From Hemiscyllium ocellatum (taxonomy: Eukaryota), in NCBI RefSeq assembly GCF_020745735.1, contig NC_083442.1, forward strand, positions 33,142,072-33,206,071: a stretch of DNA of 64,000 nt, read 5' to 3'. The notes under the pieces are model-generated. The model made no database searches, was not told where the DNA came from, and saw only the letters and a list, made by a program, of their open reading frames with translations. The position numbers and the translations under genes are program-made. Position 1 is the stretch's first letter. Each line of letters opens with the position of its first letter. Below, piece by piece: positions 1 through 13,000 of this stretch.

Positions 1-264
1 GGCAACACTCCACATTCCCACCAGCACTACCGCTAAAAACAGCTAACTCAATGCTGACACAGATTGTACCCAGGGACCTGGTAAGGATGACTGTAACTTA
101 CATCACACAGTGTATTCTCTCACCAAGATACTGCCTGGGGATGTTGAAACAAAAGTGCACTTTGCATATAACCTAGTCTGAAACAGATAACACAATTGCA
201 CACTTAACACTCCACACACACATAGAAACAAAGACACATTGAGAATAACAGATCATTTTCTTAC

Positions 265-640
265 CGGCGTTTAGTTTGGCACTTGGTGAACGAGGATAAG
301 TCATTCGTAACTCTGAAGATCCTGTACTTCTTGACGTGACAACGGTTTCAAATGACATTTGTATAGGGTTTCCTGCCGTCCATGTCAGACCCCTGCGGAT
401 GGGATAGCGATGGTTAAAGCGCTGAAGGGGGAGTCCAATTCCCAGACTGGGATTTCCCTTTTGACCAACGTGAACTGGAGCCTGGCCTCTAGGAGTCAGC
501 AGTGTGGACCAGTTAATGGTAGATGGGTTGAGGATCCCCAGCTCGGACGCAGTATTCCTTTCGAAAGAGGATAAGGGACCAATGTATGTCAATCCTTCCA
601 TCTCCTGGAAGGGTCTATATGAGGTTTGGTAAACCAGTGA
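265..640 (-). CDS. TTLL13: TTLL13 C-terminal exon (SLVYQTSYRPFQEMEGLTYIGPLSSF...RYPIRRGLTWTAG...SPSAKLNA)
   Basis: Strong acceptor ctttaactttctag, donor G|GTAAGA, 376 bp open frame. RY...WT.G resembles the TTLL13 C-terminus. Confidence 0.75.
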
Positions 641-1619
641 CTAGAAAGTTAAAGAAATACAGAAGATGAGTGATGACAAGACACAAACACAAGCTAGAAG
701 AACCTTAAGCTAAACCTAGGCTGTCCGTATATATCCTGGTTATATGTACACACCTAAGCTTTAATCATGTTTTCTTGTCTGATTGCCTCACCATGAGAGT
801 GCTAACTCAGACTGATATACAGTTCAAGATATACTTGCTGAGACAGATAGACTGCATATGGGGAGAATGGAGACCACTGGGATAGAGCAGGAAAGTAAGG
901 TTGGTGTAGAAAATCAGCTGTGATTTTTATTGAATGGTGGAAGAAGCTTGAGGGGCAGCTTTCATTCCTATTTAATATGGTCTTGTGACTCACCACTAAT
1001 TTATCCAAGTCACTGTAACAGTGAGAATCACACGTTTATTTAAGCACCGAAGGGGCCAAGGTACATCCGATCATATGGTCTGATAATATGTGAGACACAG
1101 GAATTGTGACGAATTCGATACATTTTTCAAACACCTGCACCGGCCTAATGAGACAAATGGCCTTCTTCTGTCCTGTAAGGTTCTATTCTATATTAAAATG
1201 TACAGATAGCTGCTCAAACAGGAAATTCAGGCACCAGGCAGTGTGGGATTTTTGCTGGTCAGTCTCCTGCCTGAGCCTTGGTTGTTCCAGTCTGCAGCTG
1301 CACCCATTTTCAGCTTACAATCACAGAAACATTACAGCACAGTAGGCCATTTAGTCCATCTAAACCTGATGTTTCTACGCGAAAGGGATAGGAGTGGACA
1401 ATATAGCTGCTCGAGTCTGTTCCATCATTCAAAAAGATCATTTCTGATTGTCTACATCAACCCACCTTCCAGACTTCTCTCATTAACTCTAAATTTCCTT
1501 TGTGCCCAAACTATCCATTCCAACAGGAACATATTGAATTATATATTCTTACACTTTTATGGTCATGGTCCATTTGAAACACCTGAGAATCCTTGGGTAG
1601 ATCCATGCCACCAATCCTT

Positions 1620-4424
1620 CTTATTGGTATTGCTCTGAGTTACTGACACAAGAAGATTTGGCAGAAGGTAGGTCCAACATTGAAAATAGTAATGATAGCA
1701 AGTTACATTACAGCTAAAATACATGATGGTCTATTGTGAGATACCATACGCAACTTAAAAACAAGCACATAATATAGTTAGCATATTGCAACACTTGGAC
1801 ACACATTAATAAGTCATTAGAAAACTGGTTAGTTCCTCCTAGGAACAGTCTTTTATTTCCTTAAAAGCAGAGTTTATCTCACGATATCGATTCACCCTTT
1901 CAGGTACTAACTGCCTAATATTATAACTCTCCCAAGCTCTTTTTTTGCTTCATAAAATTCTTTATGCGACTGTTTCAAATAAGTAGGTTTACCACTACCT
2001 CATCTCCTCCCTAAATCTGTGACTTTATAAATGACTGGTGACTTGTTTGGTTTGAAAGTCTGCTGTTTGAGGATGAATAATTCATAGAAATACTAATGAG
2101 TTGCTCAATTAAAACCTTTGCAGATGACATCCTCTGACACTGATGCCACTGTGGAAGATTTCTTTGGAGGATCTTTAGTTTGAGTCATGCCAGAGAAGAC
2201 AGTTGTGATTGTGAAAGCAGTATTCTTCTCCATTTGACATAAAAATGTGCTCTCGCCATTGTTTATTTTATTCTTGTACTTATGGTTTTGGCTAACAACG
2301 TTATTTTACCAGATTCAATCAAAGAGAGTAGAAATGACTGTGTTGCTTTGGTACTGGTTCTTCAAAACAAGATTGGTTAAATGAAGATCCATGACAAACT
2401 TTGGCGAGTCTGGTGTCAGGGATATCCAACATTACATTGTGAAGATTTATTCCATGGTTGGAAGATGACTGGATAATTCCTCCAAACCTGAGCAGTCAAT
2501 AACATCTTCTGATCTCTCAATCATGAAGAGTTGTCCTACATCAAAGTAATTAATCTCAAGACGTGCCCACTTTATCTTGGGATTGGTGAACACTCTTCTG
2601 AGCTCTATGGAGTCCTCCTCCTGGTGAGCGGAGTTATGTTTATCACTGGTATTTGGTTTCTGAGCTAGTTGAGGTTTCAAGAAAGCATTACTGCTTAGAA
2701 GTGAGAAGTGTTGTTTTCTAATACTGGTTTCGGTATTTTCAGAGCACTCTCAGCACTCCTTTGATTTTGAGCATTGCTCTGTCTGCATTTTACAGTTCTC
2801 TGTCAGTTGGTGATAATTTAATTCTCTTCAACCAAAAGATTTTTTTTTCAGATACTATAGTAGTATTTGCTCTTATGTTCAGATGAAATTTGTTGGATGA
2901 CCATTAACCAAATTATTTCTATTATGGCTGGTTCAAATGAATCACTTATCACTCCCAGGAAAGGTTGATTGATATTTTCCAAAGATGGAATATCATAAAA
3001 TGTTTTCTGATATCAAAATGTCTTAGTTTGCTGGGTTTTCTTCCAAAGATACTTGTTGCAAAAGAGTTAAACACCTGTAAAAAAGCATTTTAAATTTTTT
3101 TTTACTTTTGCACATCCTCTGGAAATGTCCCATTTTCTTACAAAAGTTGCAATGGCATGTTCAAGCAGGATGTTGTTTCTGCTTATGTAGTTTTTTTTAT
3201 ATCTCCCACCTGGAACAATAACCAAGCATCAAAGGATTCAAAGATGTTTGATATTGGACCACTTCCTTTTGGCTGTATTCTTCTATTAAATCTTTCCATC
3301 TCCATCATACATTGGGTACTGATGTAAATTAAGTTTTAAATGTTGTTACAATATTATCAAAGTTACCTTCTCTTACATTCTAACATTTTAAGGCATGAGC
3401 TGCTACTGAACCTACAGAATGAGCAAATGTGTTCACTTGTTAAAATGTTAAGATCATTAAAAGCTTTCAAATGGAGGAATACTTTTTTAAAGTATCTTGG
3501 CCCAGAATATTTTTCTCAAATGTAAGAATGTTCATCATTCCTCTAAATTGCTTTGGGTGCTTGATATCAACCACCGTCTCACAGGTTTAATATTCAGATC
3601 TTCTCCCTTGTAGTTCATAAACGGCTCTCTGTAGTTTACATGAGCTTTTCCAGTTGGAGTCGTTATTTCTGGCTATTTTGATCTTCTGTCAGCAGATTTA
3701 ATAGTGCTATCAGTGCTGCTGTTTTTAAAAGCTGGCAGCTAGATTCACAGAAACTGATGGGCCCCATGTGGTTTGGAACTGCTAAATATTTAATGACACC
3801 TTTACAGTTTTCTGACTGGATTTTATTCTTCTTCCATCTCCTCAGATGGCTTTTTTGGAACTGAAGATTTCCTCAGGCCAGCATTATCTGACAAAACTGC
3901 ACCGCTGTTCACCATCATGTATTGTCACAAATGTGTCCTCCTGAATCATCTGAAATACTTTGTGTCAATTCACTGTCACCAATCTTTCTTAGTCTAAGTT
4001 ACTGATACTGTGTAGGGAGGATGCCCACACACAGTTTTGAGCAGAAATTAGGCTCCAATCTTTAAAAACAGCAAAAAATGTATTTCTTGGAACTTAGTGG
4101 CAAGTTACATTGCATCTAAGAAACATAATGGTGTCTTATGAGACACCATATTCAGCTTAAGAATAAATACATATTAAGCCAGTTACTGTAACCTAATGCT
4201 AGAACAACCAATACTGCAACACTTGACCATACGTTAGCAATCCATTAGAAAACTGGCAGGTTTGACCCAGGAACAGTCCTTTATACTTTGACTGGCAGAA
4301 CTTATCTCATGATGTCCACTAACCATTGACTGCATTGTATAAGGCAGGACCCTCATGGTAAAGGAAATCAGTCAAACGAAAGCAAGCATTGCTAACATGT
4401 TTAAGCATAGCTAGGATATATACA
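1620..4424 (-). mobile_element. Ancient, internally deleted Gypsy LTR retrotransposon with two diverged LTRs
   Basis: Gag zinc knuckle CNFCKKMGHFQRMC (about 3110-3151), ERFNRRIQ, and protease-like LVNGHPTNF (about 2850-2910). Diverged direct repeats at about 3985-4424 and 1620-2002, polypurine tract agggaggaga|TG at 2002, and PBS-like TGGTGACAG. Confidence 0.7.
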
Positions 4425-5389
4425 AGTGGTTGTGGTTTTATTTGGTAATCCTGCCAATATTTTCCCTTCAGATGCTTATCTAACTTACTCTTCAAAGTCA
4501 TGATTAAATCTGCCTTCACCTCACACTTGGGCATGTATTCCAGATCTCACTGTGCAAAGAGGTTTTTCCTTATATTGCCTTTGGTTCTTCAATATTTATT
4601 AGGGGTTTACAAGATCATGAGGGAGCTGGACAGAGCAGTTGGAGAAACTGTTCCTACCCATACAATGATCATAAAACAGTCATGACAGATTCAAAGTGAT
4701 TTGCAAAAACCTTTTCACACAATGAGTGATTCAAGTCTGTCATGCATTTCCTGATAATGTGGGAGTGGCAGGTGTAATCGAGGTATGATTTAAATAGAAA
4801 TAATGTGCAGGGAACTGGGAAAAGGCATGGAAAAAACTGTTCTGAGGAAATGTCACCGGACGAGAAATGTTAATTCTGATTTCTCTTCACAGATGCTGCC
4901 AGATCTGCTGAACTTTTCCAGCAACTTTTGTTTATGTTTCTGATGTACAGCATCCACAGTTCTTTCAGTTTTTAGTTAGCAACAGCACATTGACTAATTT
5001 CAGAGAAAAATTCAGATACATCCACAGGAGTTCTTTTTATTATCCACCATGAGTTTGACAGAAGATCTATGGGAACATACATCATCCCACCCACATTGAG
5101 GAGTGTTTCTGAAATTATGACGGGTGATCGGGACAGTTTCTGCAGAGATTTAGCCCATGTCCCTCCAATACAAACTGTCCATTCAGAAAATCAATCCAAT
5201 TTAGGTTGACCATGAAGGGAAAAGCTAAATCATCAGAATAAGCACTTCTTAAACAAATAAGTTTTTTTTTTCTGAAGTATGCTTATATGTGTAGTTAAAC
5301 GCAGTGCACACAGCAAAATCCCACAAAGAGCAATTGAGATAAATCACCAGATAGTCTGTCTTGATTAACTTTAATGTTAAAAGACAGAC

Positions 5390-5530
5390 CAAATTTATTT
5401 TCAGTTCATGTTCTTCTGCAGCATTTCCTCCAACGTTTCTCAGAATGTGTTGCATCGTGCAGGATGATAGTTCCACAGACACTAGTTGCCCTGCAAATCT
5501 CTCCAAAGTGAGCATAGCAACCATATGAAA
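5390..5530 (-). CDS. TTLL13: TTLL13 tentative exon (FHMVAMLTLERFAGQLVSVELSS...GNAAEEHELKINL)
   Basis: Open frame, phases 0/0, tag acceptor and GTCTGT donor. Weak resemblance to the mammalian TTLL13 segment LGSQELKS...GAATEQ. The acceptor position is uncertain. Confidence 0.5.
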
Positions 5531-7398
5531 CTAGACCAGACTGAACATCATAGCCAAGTTCAACTCACCTCAAGGTCGCATACTTTGCACAGTGATGTGG
5601 ATAAAATTAGCCTTGGTTTTAAGCTAACCAACAGGTGTGACAAGGGGCCTGCAGCATTGCCCCTACCATAAGCAAACTCAACATAGATTGGGGATTGCTA
5701 TTTGGTCTAGCTGAGTATCATGCTGGCTCTGGTGCATCAAACCTCAAAAGAGCAATGGTTATAAATAGAGATAAAATTATTATGGGCATGGATAGGATTA
5801 ACTGGAGGAAACAATGACCATAGGCATAGATTTAAGGTAAAGAGCAGGAGATTTCAAGGGACTGTAAAGAAAAATGTTTTCACCCAGCAGAGGGTGGTGG
5901 GATCTGGAACTCACTGTCTGTAAAGGTATTGGTAGAGCTAGGTATTCTTATAAATTAGAGAATTATTTAGATGTCCACTTGCCATGCCAAGGCATACAAG
6001 GCTATGGTCAAATGCTGGAAAATAGGGTTAGAATAATTAGGTGCTTGTTTTTCACTCACCAGCTCAAAAGAAATGCCCTAACATTTGAAACGGAGATGCA
6101 AAGTAATTTATTTTGTCAGAGGATAGTGAATATCTGGAATTCTGTACCCCAGAGATGTGAAGGGTAGGTCACTGAAAGTAAAGAGCTGGGTAGACAGAAG
6201 TTTGAGATAAGTGCTATGAGGAGGTGAAATGAAAGATGAGTTAAGACTTGGGAACAAACAGCTAGAACCTTATAGAATGGCACAGCAGGCTAGAGGGGGA
6301 TGAATGTCTTACTCCTGCTCCCAATTCTTATATTCTAATGTACTTATGTTCTCTGTGATTCCCGAGGCAGACAGTTTAAATGTTTTGTGTGCCTATAATC
6401 TAGATTTAATTGAGTTATGCAGTATAGAAAGAGGCCATTCTGTCTATTAGTATGCCAGCCCTTTGAAAGAGCTAGCCAAATAACTGCATAGTTAATATGA
6501 CAAGTAATTAAGATTAGAAGTGAAACTGACAATGACTATTAACTGATATCTAGATCTACAAAGCCTTTAGGAGAATTTATGTGGTGCAGTAGTAATGTCC
6601 CTTTCTCTGGACTACAAGGCCTGGGTTCAAATCCCAACTCCTCCAGAGAAGTGTAATAACTGGTCAGAAAAGGCTGATTAAAAAATGCCTATAAAACTCT
6701 TAGAAAGATCTTATGGCAAGGTGGTAGCACCTGTACCACTTGGCTAGGAGGCCCATGGTCAAGTTCCACTGTTTCAAGAGTGTGTTTTAACAGGTTGATT
6801 TAAAAAAATCTATACAAAGAGAAAACAGAGTTTTGTGGAGCAATGGTAACATGTCACATCATGCCTGAACAGTTGGCTTAAAAATCAGTCCGTACTTTGT
6901 AAAGTATCTTTTCTCGAGTGTTTGTCCTGAAAGACGTAGTCTACAGTAGCTGATCTCATTAAGCATGAGGAGGAGATATTGTGTTTCCTTCCAAGTGTGA
7001 AGCTGCTTAGGTGTATTGTTTTGTGTAAAAGTTAGTGGGTGGTTTTGTGCCATAGTGACTGTGTACCGAGAAGGCACAGAGGATCAGGCTTCAAGTCGCA
7101 CTAGGTCTCGAGATAGGTTAAAAATAATGATTAATGGGTGAACAGGGTCTTGTGGTTTAGGGATTATGTTCCACCTCAAGATGGCAATGCCATGGAAGTG
7201 TCCAAACAGATAGTTAAAATTAATTAAAGAGGGGGAGCAGCTGTAACTTGGTGTGGGAGAGCTAATAGATTGCTATAGGGACAAAGGCTTTCTTCTGTGC
7301 TTTAGTTAATCTTAGTTTCTATGTGAAGATCCTGGTTTGAACGCATAGAATATACTTCCCACTTGTTACCCAACCTCTTTTGACTATTCTTTTGCTTC

Positions 7399-7853
7399 AA
7401 AGTTTGTGAGAAGATTTGTAGCTCGGGTGCTCATTGTTGTGGTTCTGTTCGCCGAGCTGGGAATTTGTGTTGCAGACGTTTCGTCCCCTGTCTAGGTGAC
7501 ATCCTCAGTGCTTGGGAGCCTCCTGTGAAGCGCTTCTGTGATCTTTCCTCCGGCATTTGTAGTGGTTTGTATCTGCCGCTTCCGGTTGTCAGTTCCAGCT
7601 GTCCGCTGCAGTGGCCGGTATATTGGGTCCAGGTCGATGTGCTTATTGATTAAATCTGTGGATGAGTGGATGTAAATCTAGGAATGGACAAGCCAAACAG
7701 AGAACAGAAGCGGCAGATACAAACCACTACAAATGCCGGAGGAAAGATCACAGAAGCGCTTCACAGGGGACTACCAAGCACTGAGGATGTCACCTAGACA
7801 GGAGACGAAACATCTGCAACACAAATTCCCAGCTCGGCGAACAGAACCTCAAC
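7399..7853. mobile_element. Penelope-like element (family A) fold-back insertion with two hammerhead cores
   Basis: Inverted arms, 13-bp TSD attcttttgcttc (7386-7398 / 7854-7866), and the family A terminal motif gagctacaaatcttctc. Confidence 0.85.
7472..7511 (-). ncRNA. Minimal type I hammerhead ribozyme motif
   Basis: gca-CUGAGGA-u-GUCaCCU(agac)AGGgGAC-GAAA-CGUC-ugc: intact core, stem I gca/ugc, stem II present. Confidence 0.7.
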
Positions 7854-8453
7854 ATTCTTTTGCTTCCCCTTTTATCTGGCAGGTATATTAAGGTTACTGC
7901 TCTGTCACTCCTCTGATTGGAGTTTCACGACAGTCAGATTGCTAAAATATAGGAATCTTGTGTGATATTGTACAAAAAATTGTTTAAGAGGGACACTGGG
8001 TGGTGATGTGGGGCATGCATTTAAAAGTAACAAGATAAAAATCTGTTGTCCAACATAAAATGAGTCTTCATGCTGTTCACAGTTAGCACCAAAGATGAAG
8101 AACATGGGCACCTTCATCTTAGAACATAGAAAAGTACAGCACAGAACAGGTCCTGTGGCCCACGATGTTGTGCTGAGATTTAATCCTAATGTAAAATATA
8201 GTAACTTAACCTACGCACCTTTCAACTCACTGCTGTCCACATGCATGTCCAGCAGTCGCTTAAATGTCCCCATTTGTCTTGAAGGACAGCAGAAGCCCAC
8301 AGCACAAAACTGCCCCCAATTTGTTGTACTGTACTGTGCTGTACTAAGTCATAAATAACGTTCAGAGAGGTCAGTGGCTCAATTTAAGATGTGACTGAAC
8401 CACAATCAGTTGAGGAAGCTTTCTTCTGTATTTCAATAATGTCACATTTAATG

Positions 8454-8773
8454 GATGTAGGTTTGCTCGATGAGCTTTAAGGTTCATTTCCAGACATTTC
8501 GTCACCCTACTAGGTAACACCTTCAGTGGGCCTCAGGCAAAGCACTGCTGAAAATTCCTGCTTTCTATTTATATGTTTGGGTTTCTTTGGGTTGCTATAA
8601 ATAGAAAGCAGGAATTAAATAGAAAGCAGGAATTTTCAGCGGTGCTTCACCTGGAGGCCCACAGAAGATGCTACCTAGTAGGGTGACGAAACGTCTGGAA
8701 ATGAACCTTCCAGCTCAGCGAGCTAACCTACATGCAAAACCTTAACCTGAACTACAAATCTTCTCAGAACTCG
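8454..8773. mobile_element. PLE family A fold-back insertion, both hammerhead cores mutated
   Basis: Inverted arms and a 15-bp TSD atg(t/c)cacatttaatg (8439-8453 / 8774-8788). Confidence 0.8.
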
Positions 8774-9672
8774 ATGCCACATTTAATGTAGGAGTGCTTG
8801 CTGCTGACATCAGTGTGCCTAGAATGATTATTATTCAATTTCCCTGCACTCATTCAAAATTTGCCCAAAATTCACGACAAATAAAATCTTTGCAGAAGAA
8901 ACCTGCTAGGACATGCTTAGCAGTTTACAATTTTTCCAGAGATCACAAGCATATAACTTATACATAAACACAGAATGACTTTGTTCTCACTTCCATTCCT
9001 ATGTAAAATAAATGAATGTTTAATTAAATCACGGGAAGGAATGTGTCAGAGGGTGGGGTTAGTAATGTTTGACATCCTCCTCTTTTCTCTTAAATAATTA
9101 ATCTGGATGGTCAATGCCAAATTACATCGCTCACGTATAAGAGAGCTGTACAGAAGATAATGATCTGGAACCAGCACAAACTATTCTGGGCAGTGATGGA
9201 GCTCTAAGCTTCTGACCTGTGCAATATTTCTGATATTGCTCAGTAGTGGTTAACTGGATATCATTATTGCCTAATAATTCAAAGGCTGCAGATTCAAACC
9301 CCAGTCCATGACGGTGAACTCATAATTTAGACTGACAGTGGTTGCAGTGCTGGAGATGAGTAAGAAGCATTAAACTGAGGCACCTGCCTGCTTCCTTAGA
9401 TAGGCATGAAAGTTTTCAGACCATGGTTTGAATCTGAACAACGGAGTTCTTCTTTAGACACTTATTCATTAACAAAAATAACATTTTTAAAAAATCACTT
9501 AAAATGTTAATTTATCTCATTGCTGTTTGTGGGAGCTTGTTGTACATAAATTTACTCCTGCAATTCCTAATTTACAATTACAAGAAACTTTAAAAGCACT
9601 TCAATAGTTTTAAAGATCTTCAGAATTTGAAAGACGCTATACAAATGCAAGTTGATCGATTCTTCCTTGCTG

Positions 9673-9822
9673 CAAATGTGTTGCTGGTCAAAGCACAGCA
9701 GGTTAGGCAGCATCTCAGGAATAGAGAATTCGACGTTTCGAGCATAAGCCCTTCATCAGGAATAAGAGAGAGAGCCAAGCAGGCTGAGATAAAAGGTAGG
9801 GAGGAGGGACTAGGGGGAGAAA
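9673..9822 (-). mobile_element. PLE family B 3' end fragment
   Basis: Shares the gatgctgcct(g/a)acctgctg-type tail and the hammerhead region with the GIY-YIG-bearing copy at 26.3-28.0 kb. Confidence 0.75.
9728..9763 (-). ncRNA. Minimal type I hammerhead ribozyme motif
   Basis: auuc-CUGAUGA-a-GGGC(uuau)GCUC-GAAA-CGUC-gaau: intact core, stem I auuc/gaau. Confidence 0.72.
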
Positions 9823-10275
9823 TCACATTGGGTGAGGGCAAGATCAGCTTGATCTCTGACTCACTCACAATTTAGGGAGGGGTCATTTTAATTCAACTTG
9901 TTATGCAGAAATCCCACAGAAGGTTTAAAACGCTACCCAATATCTATCTCCACTGGTTTTTGACAGGGAGCAGGTTAAACCGGGCGTGCGCCCAATTCAT
10001 CGGGAATTAGGTTAAGACTGCATGCTTTGTTGTTTAGCTTCACAGGTAGAATGCAGACAGTCAGCACCCCTTATGTATATTTTTACAAACATCAAACAAG
10101 TCATTTTCAAACTTTGTGCTCCCAGTGGGCAGCTTCATCTGCTGGAAATGCAGTCCCACGCACCTCACCACGCGCCCCTGAATTTCCAATCCCAAATTCC
10201 TGGTGGGCAAGGCTCTCCCACAAGAGTGCAAAGTTGAAGGACAACCAGTTAACTCTTTCACACTGTGCAACTCAC

Positions 10276-10470
10276 TTTATTCTGGCTAGGAGCACATGGA
10301 GGAGCAGTTTGAACACTGCAGTTAACACCTGGAGTGTTTTGCAATATGCGGTAAACTTGCTCGATAACACCCAGAGCTCGGAGGAGGTTCTCCCGCTGCA
10401 GTAGCCCACTGAGTCGCTGCAGCTCCTCCTCTTCAACTATATCCAACGGTTTCATGATGTCTATGGTATC
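10276..10470 (-). CDS. TTLL13: TTLL13 exon (DTIDIMKPLDIVEEEELQRLSGLLQRENLLRALGVIEQVYRIL...PSQNK)
   Basis: Resembles the TTLL13 C-terminal helical segment. ttttgcag acceptor, GTGAGT donor, phases 0/0. Confidence 0.9.
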
Positions 10471-11656
10471 CTGCAAAACGTGCAACAACAACAACAAAAG
10501 AAAACTATTAGAAAAGGCCAAATGGACAACAAAGTTCTGGAATTTATGTGGAGAGAAGTTTTTAATAACCGCCAGACTTACAGCTGTTAATGGGTGGTCA
10601 GACAGTGAATGGCATTCAGGTGCTAATTTCAGTCACTGACCTTGCCCTCTGGGGATTTAGGTTCAGCAGTGCAATCGGTTTCACTATCACAGAGAGGGAA
10701 AGCCAGCCCGCATCCTCATTTTTAATCAGCATTCATTAATTCCTGCCAGAAAGTTTCTGCATAGACATTAAGTGAAGACCAAGCTTGAAAAGGCCTTCAA
10801 CACTCACGTTAAGAACAGCCAGAATGTATATCCGAAAAGGTCCACTAACAGTATGGAGCTGTACCCAACTTCAAAAAGCAAGCAACTACTAGAGAGAGGA
10901 GATTGAGCTCAAATCCTGCAACATTTACACACCTTTAGGACAACTAACATCTCAAGGTATGCTGAGTGGAAGTGTTGACTAAAACATGATCAAAGAGATA
11001 GCTTGAGGACTCATTTATAGGTAGGGGAGAAAGGAGCAAAAGTCATTTAGAAATATAGGAAGAAATTAATAGAGAGTCACCATTTAAAAATCAAAGGATG
11101 GCCAGTTAAGGGAGGTAGTATTATTTAGTATGAGCATGGAGGAATTTTTGAAAGGAGATAGAGAGATTTTGATTCCTTGTGTTAGGTTGATTGGCAAGCT
11201 AGCTTTACTGAATCCAGGATGGAAGCATGGTGATATGAGTTCTGGAAGAATTTGAGCCAAAGTTTTGACACTAAGTAGGGATGATCATCTCTTGCCTAAG
11301 AATGGACTACTTGAAGCAACTGTCTGAATGTAATTCCTTTGACATTCTTAGCTTCTGACTAAAGCAAATTTTATAGCATAGTTTTAAAGAGGATTGATCA
11401 CAGATCGCGTGCTCATGTGAAGGATAAACATTACAGAAATTAGTTGAACAGATTGGATGATTACTGTGTTGTAATTGTAAGGCATTTCCAAAATCTCTGG
11501 TCGAATATCAACATCAATTGAAACTGTTGTTATCAAATAAAATGTGAAAATGTTTTACACTTATTTATTTCCCCAACGTTTTTCTTTTAATCATGCCAAT
11601 ACTAAACCATACAGCCCTCTAAAACATCTTATATAAAACAAAACAAAAATAAATTC

Positions 11657-13000
11657 AACCCAGCCAATTACCACTCAATCAGTCTACTCTCTCCATCATC
11701 AGTAAAGTGGTGGAACGGGTCATTAACAGGGCTATCAAGCAGCACCTGCTCAGCAACAACCTGCTCAGTGACGCCCAGTTTGGGTTTTTCCAGGGTAACT
11801 CATATCCTGACCTCATTACAGCCTTCGTTCTAACAATGACAAAAGAGCTGAATTCCAGAGGTGAGGTAAGAGTCACAGCCCTTGACATCAAGACCACGTT
11901 TGACCAGCATCAAGGAGTCCTGGCAAAACTGGAATCAATGGGTATCGGGGCAAACACTCTGCTGGTTACAACCATACCTGGCATAAAGTAAGATGGTTGT
12001 GGTTGTGGAGGGTCAGTCATCTCAGCTCCAGGACATCTCTGCAGGAGTCCCCCAGGGTAGTGTCCTAGCCCCAACAATCTTCAGCTGCGTTGTAAGGTCA
12101 GAAGTGGGGATGTTCACCAACGATTGCACAGTGTTCAGCACCACTCGCGACTCCTCAGATACTGAAGCAGACCATGCTCAAATGCAACAAGATCTGTACA
12201 ATATCCAAGCTTGGGCTGACAAGTGGCAAGTAATATTCATGCCACACAAATGCCAGACAATAACAATCACCAATAAGAGACACTCTTACCACCGCCCCTT
12301 GATATTCAACAGTATTACCATCTCTGAATCACCCACTATTAACATCCTCGGGGTTACCATTGACCAGATACTCAACTGCACTCACCACATAAACACAGTG
12401 GCTACAAGAGCAAGTCAGAGACTAGGGATACTGCAGCGAGTAACTCATCCCTTGATATCCAAAGTCTATCCACCATCTCCAAGGCACAAGTCAGGAGTGT
12501 GATGGAGAACTCCCCACTTGCCTGGATGGGTGCAGCTCCAACAACACTCAAAAAGCTTGACACCATCCAGGACAAAGCGACCCACTTGATTGGCACCACA
12601 TCTACAAACATTCAATTCCTCCACCACCAGTGCTCAGTAGCAGCAGTACTTACCATCTACAAGATGCATGACAGAAATTCACCAAAGACTCTTAGACAGC
12701 ACCTTCCAAACCCACAATCACTTCCATTTAGAAGGACAAGGGCAGCAGATTCCTGAGAACACCACTGCCTGCAAGTTCCCCTCCAAGCCACTCACCTTCT
12801 GACTTGGAAATATACCGCATTCCTTCACAGTTGTTGGGTCAAAGTCCTGGAATTCCCTCTCTACCGGCATTGTGGGTCAACCCACAGCAAGTGGACTGCA
12901 GTGATTCAAGAAGGCAGCTCACCACCACCTTCTCATGGGCAAATAGGGATGGGCTATCAATGCTGGCCAGCTAGCGACATCCAAGTCCCACAAATGAATA
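11657..13000 (+). mobile_element. CR1/L2-group LINE 3' portion (RT), decayed
   Basis: QFGF, ALDIK, GVPQGSVLAP and degenerate FADD motifs. Its 3'UTR is shared with the fragments at 35350-35660 and 48320-48520. Confidence 0.85.

Noticed and set aside
4324-4411. Apparent exon with AG/GT boundaries, and a large exon-like region at 1900-4000
   Set aside because: Better explained as Gypsy LTR and decayed gag-protease; there are multiple stop codons.
8991-8998. 8-nt micro-exon candidate (ttttacatag GAATGGAA gtgaga)
   Set aside because: It would shift the frame, and I found no compensating exon.
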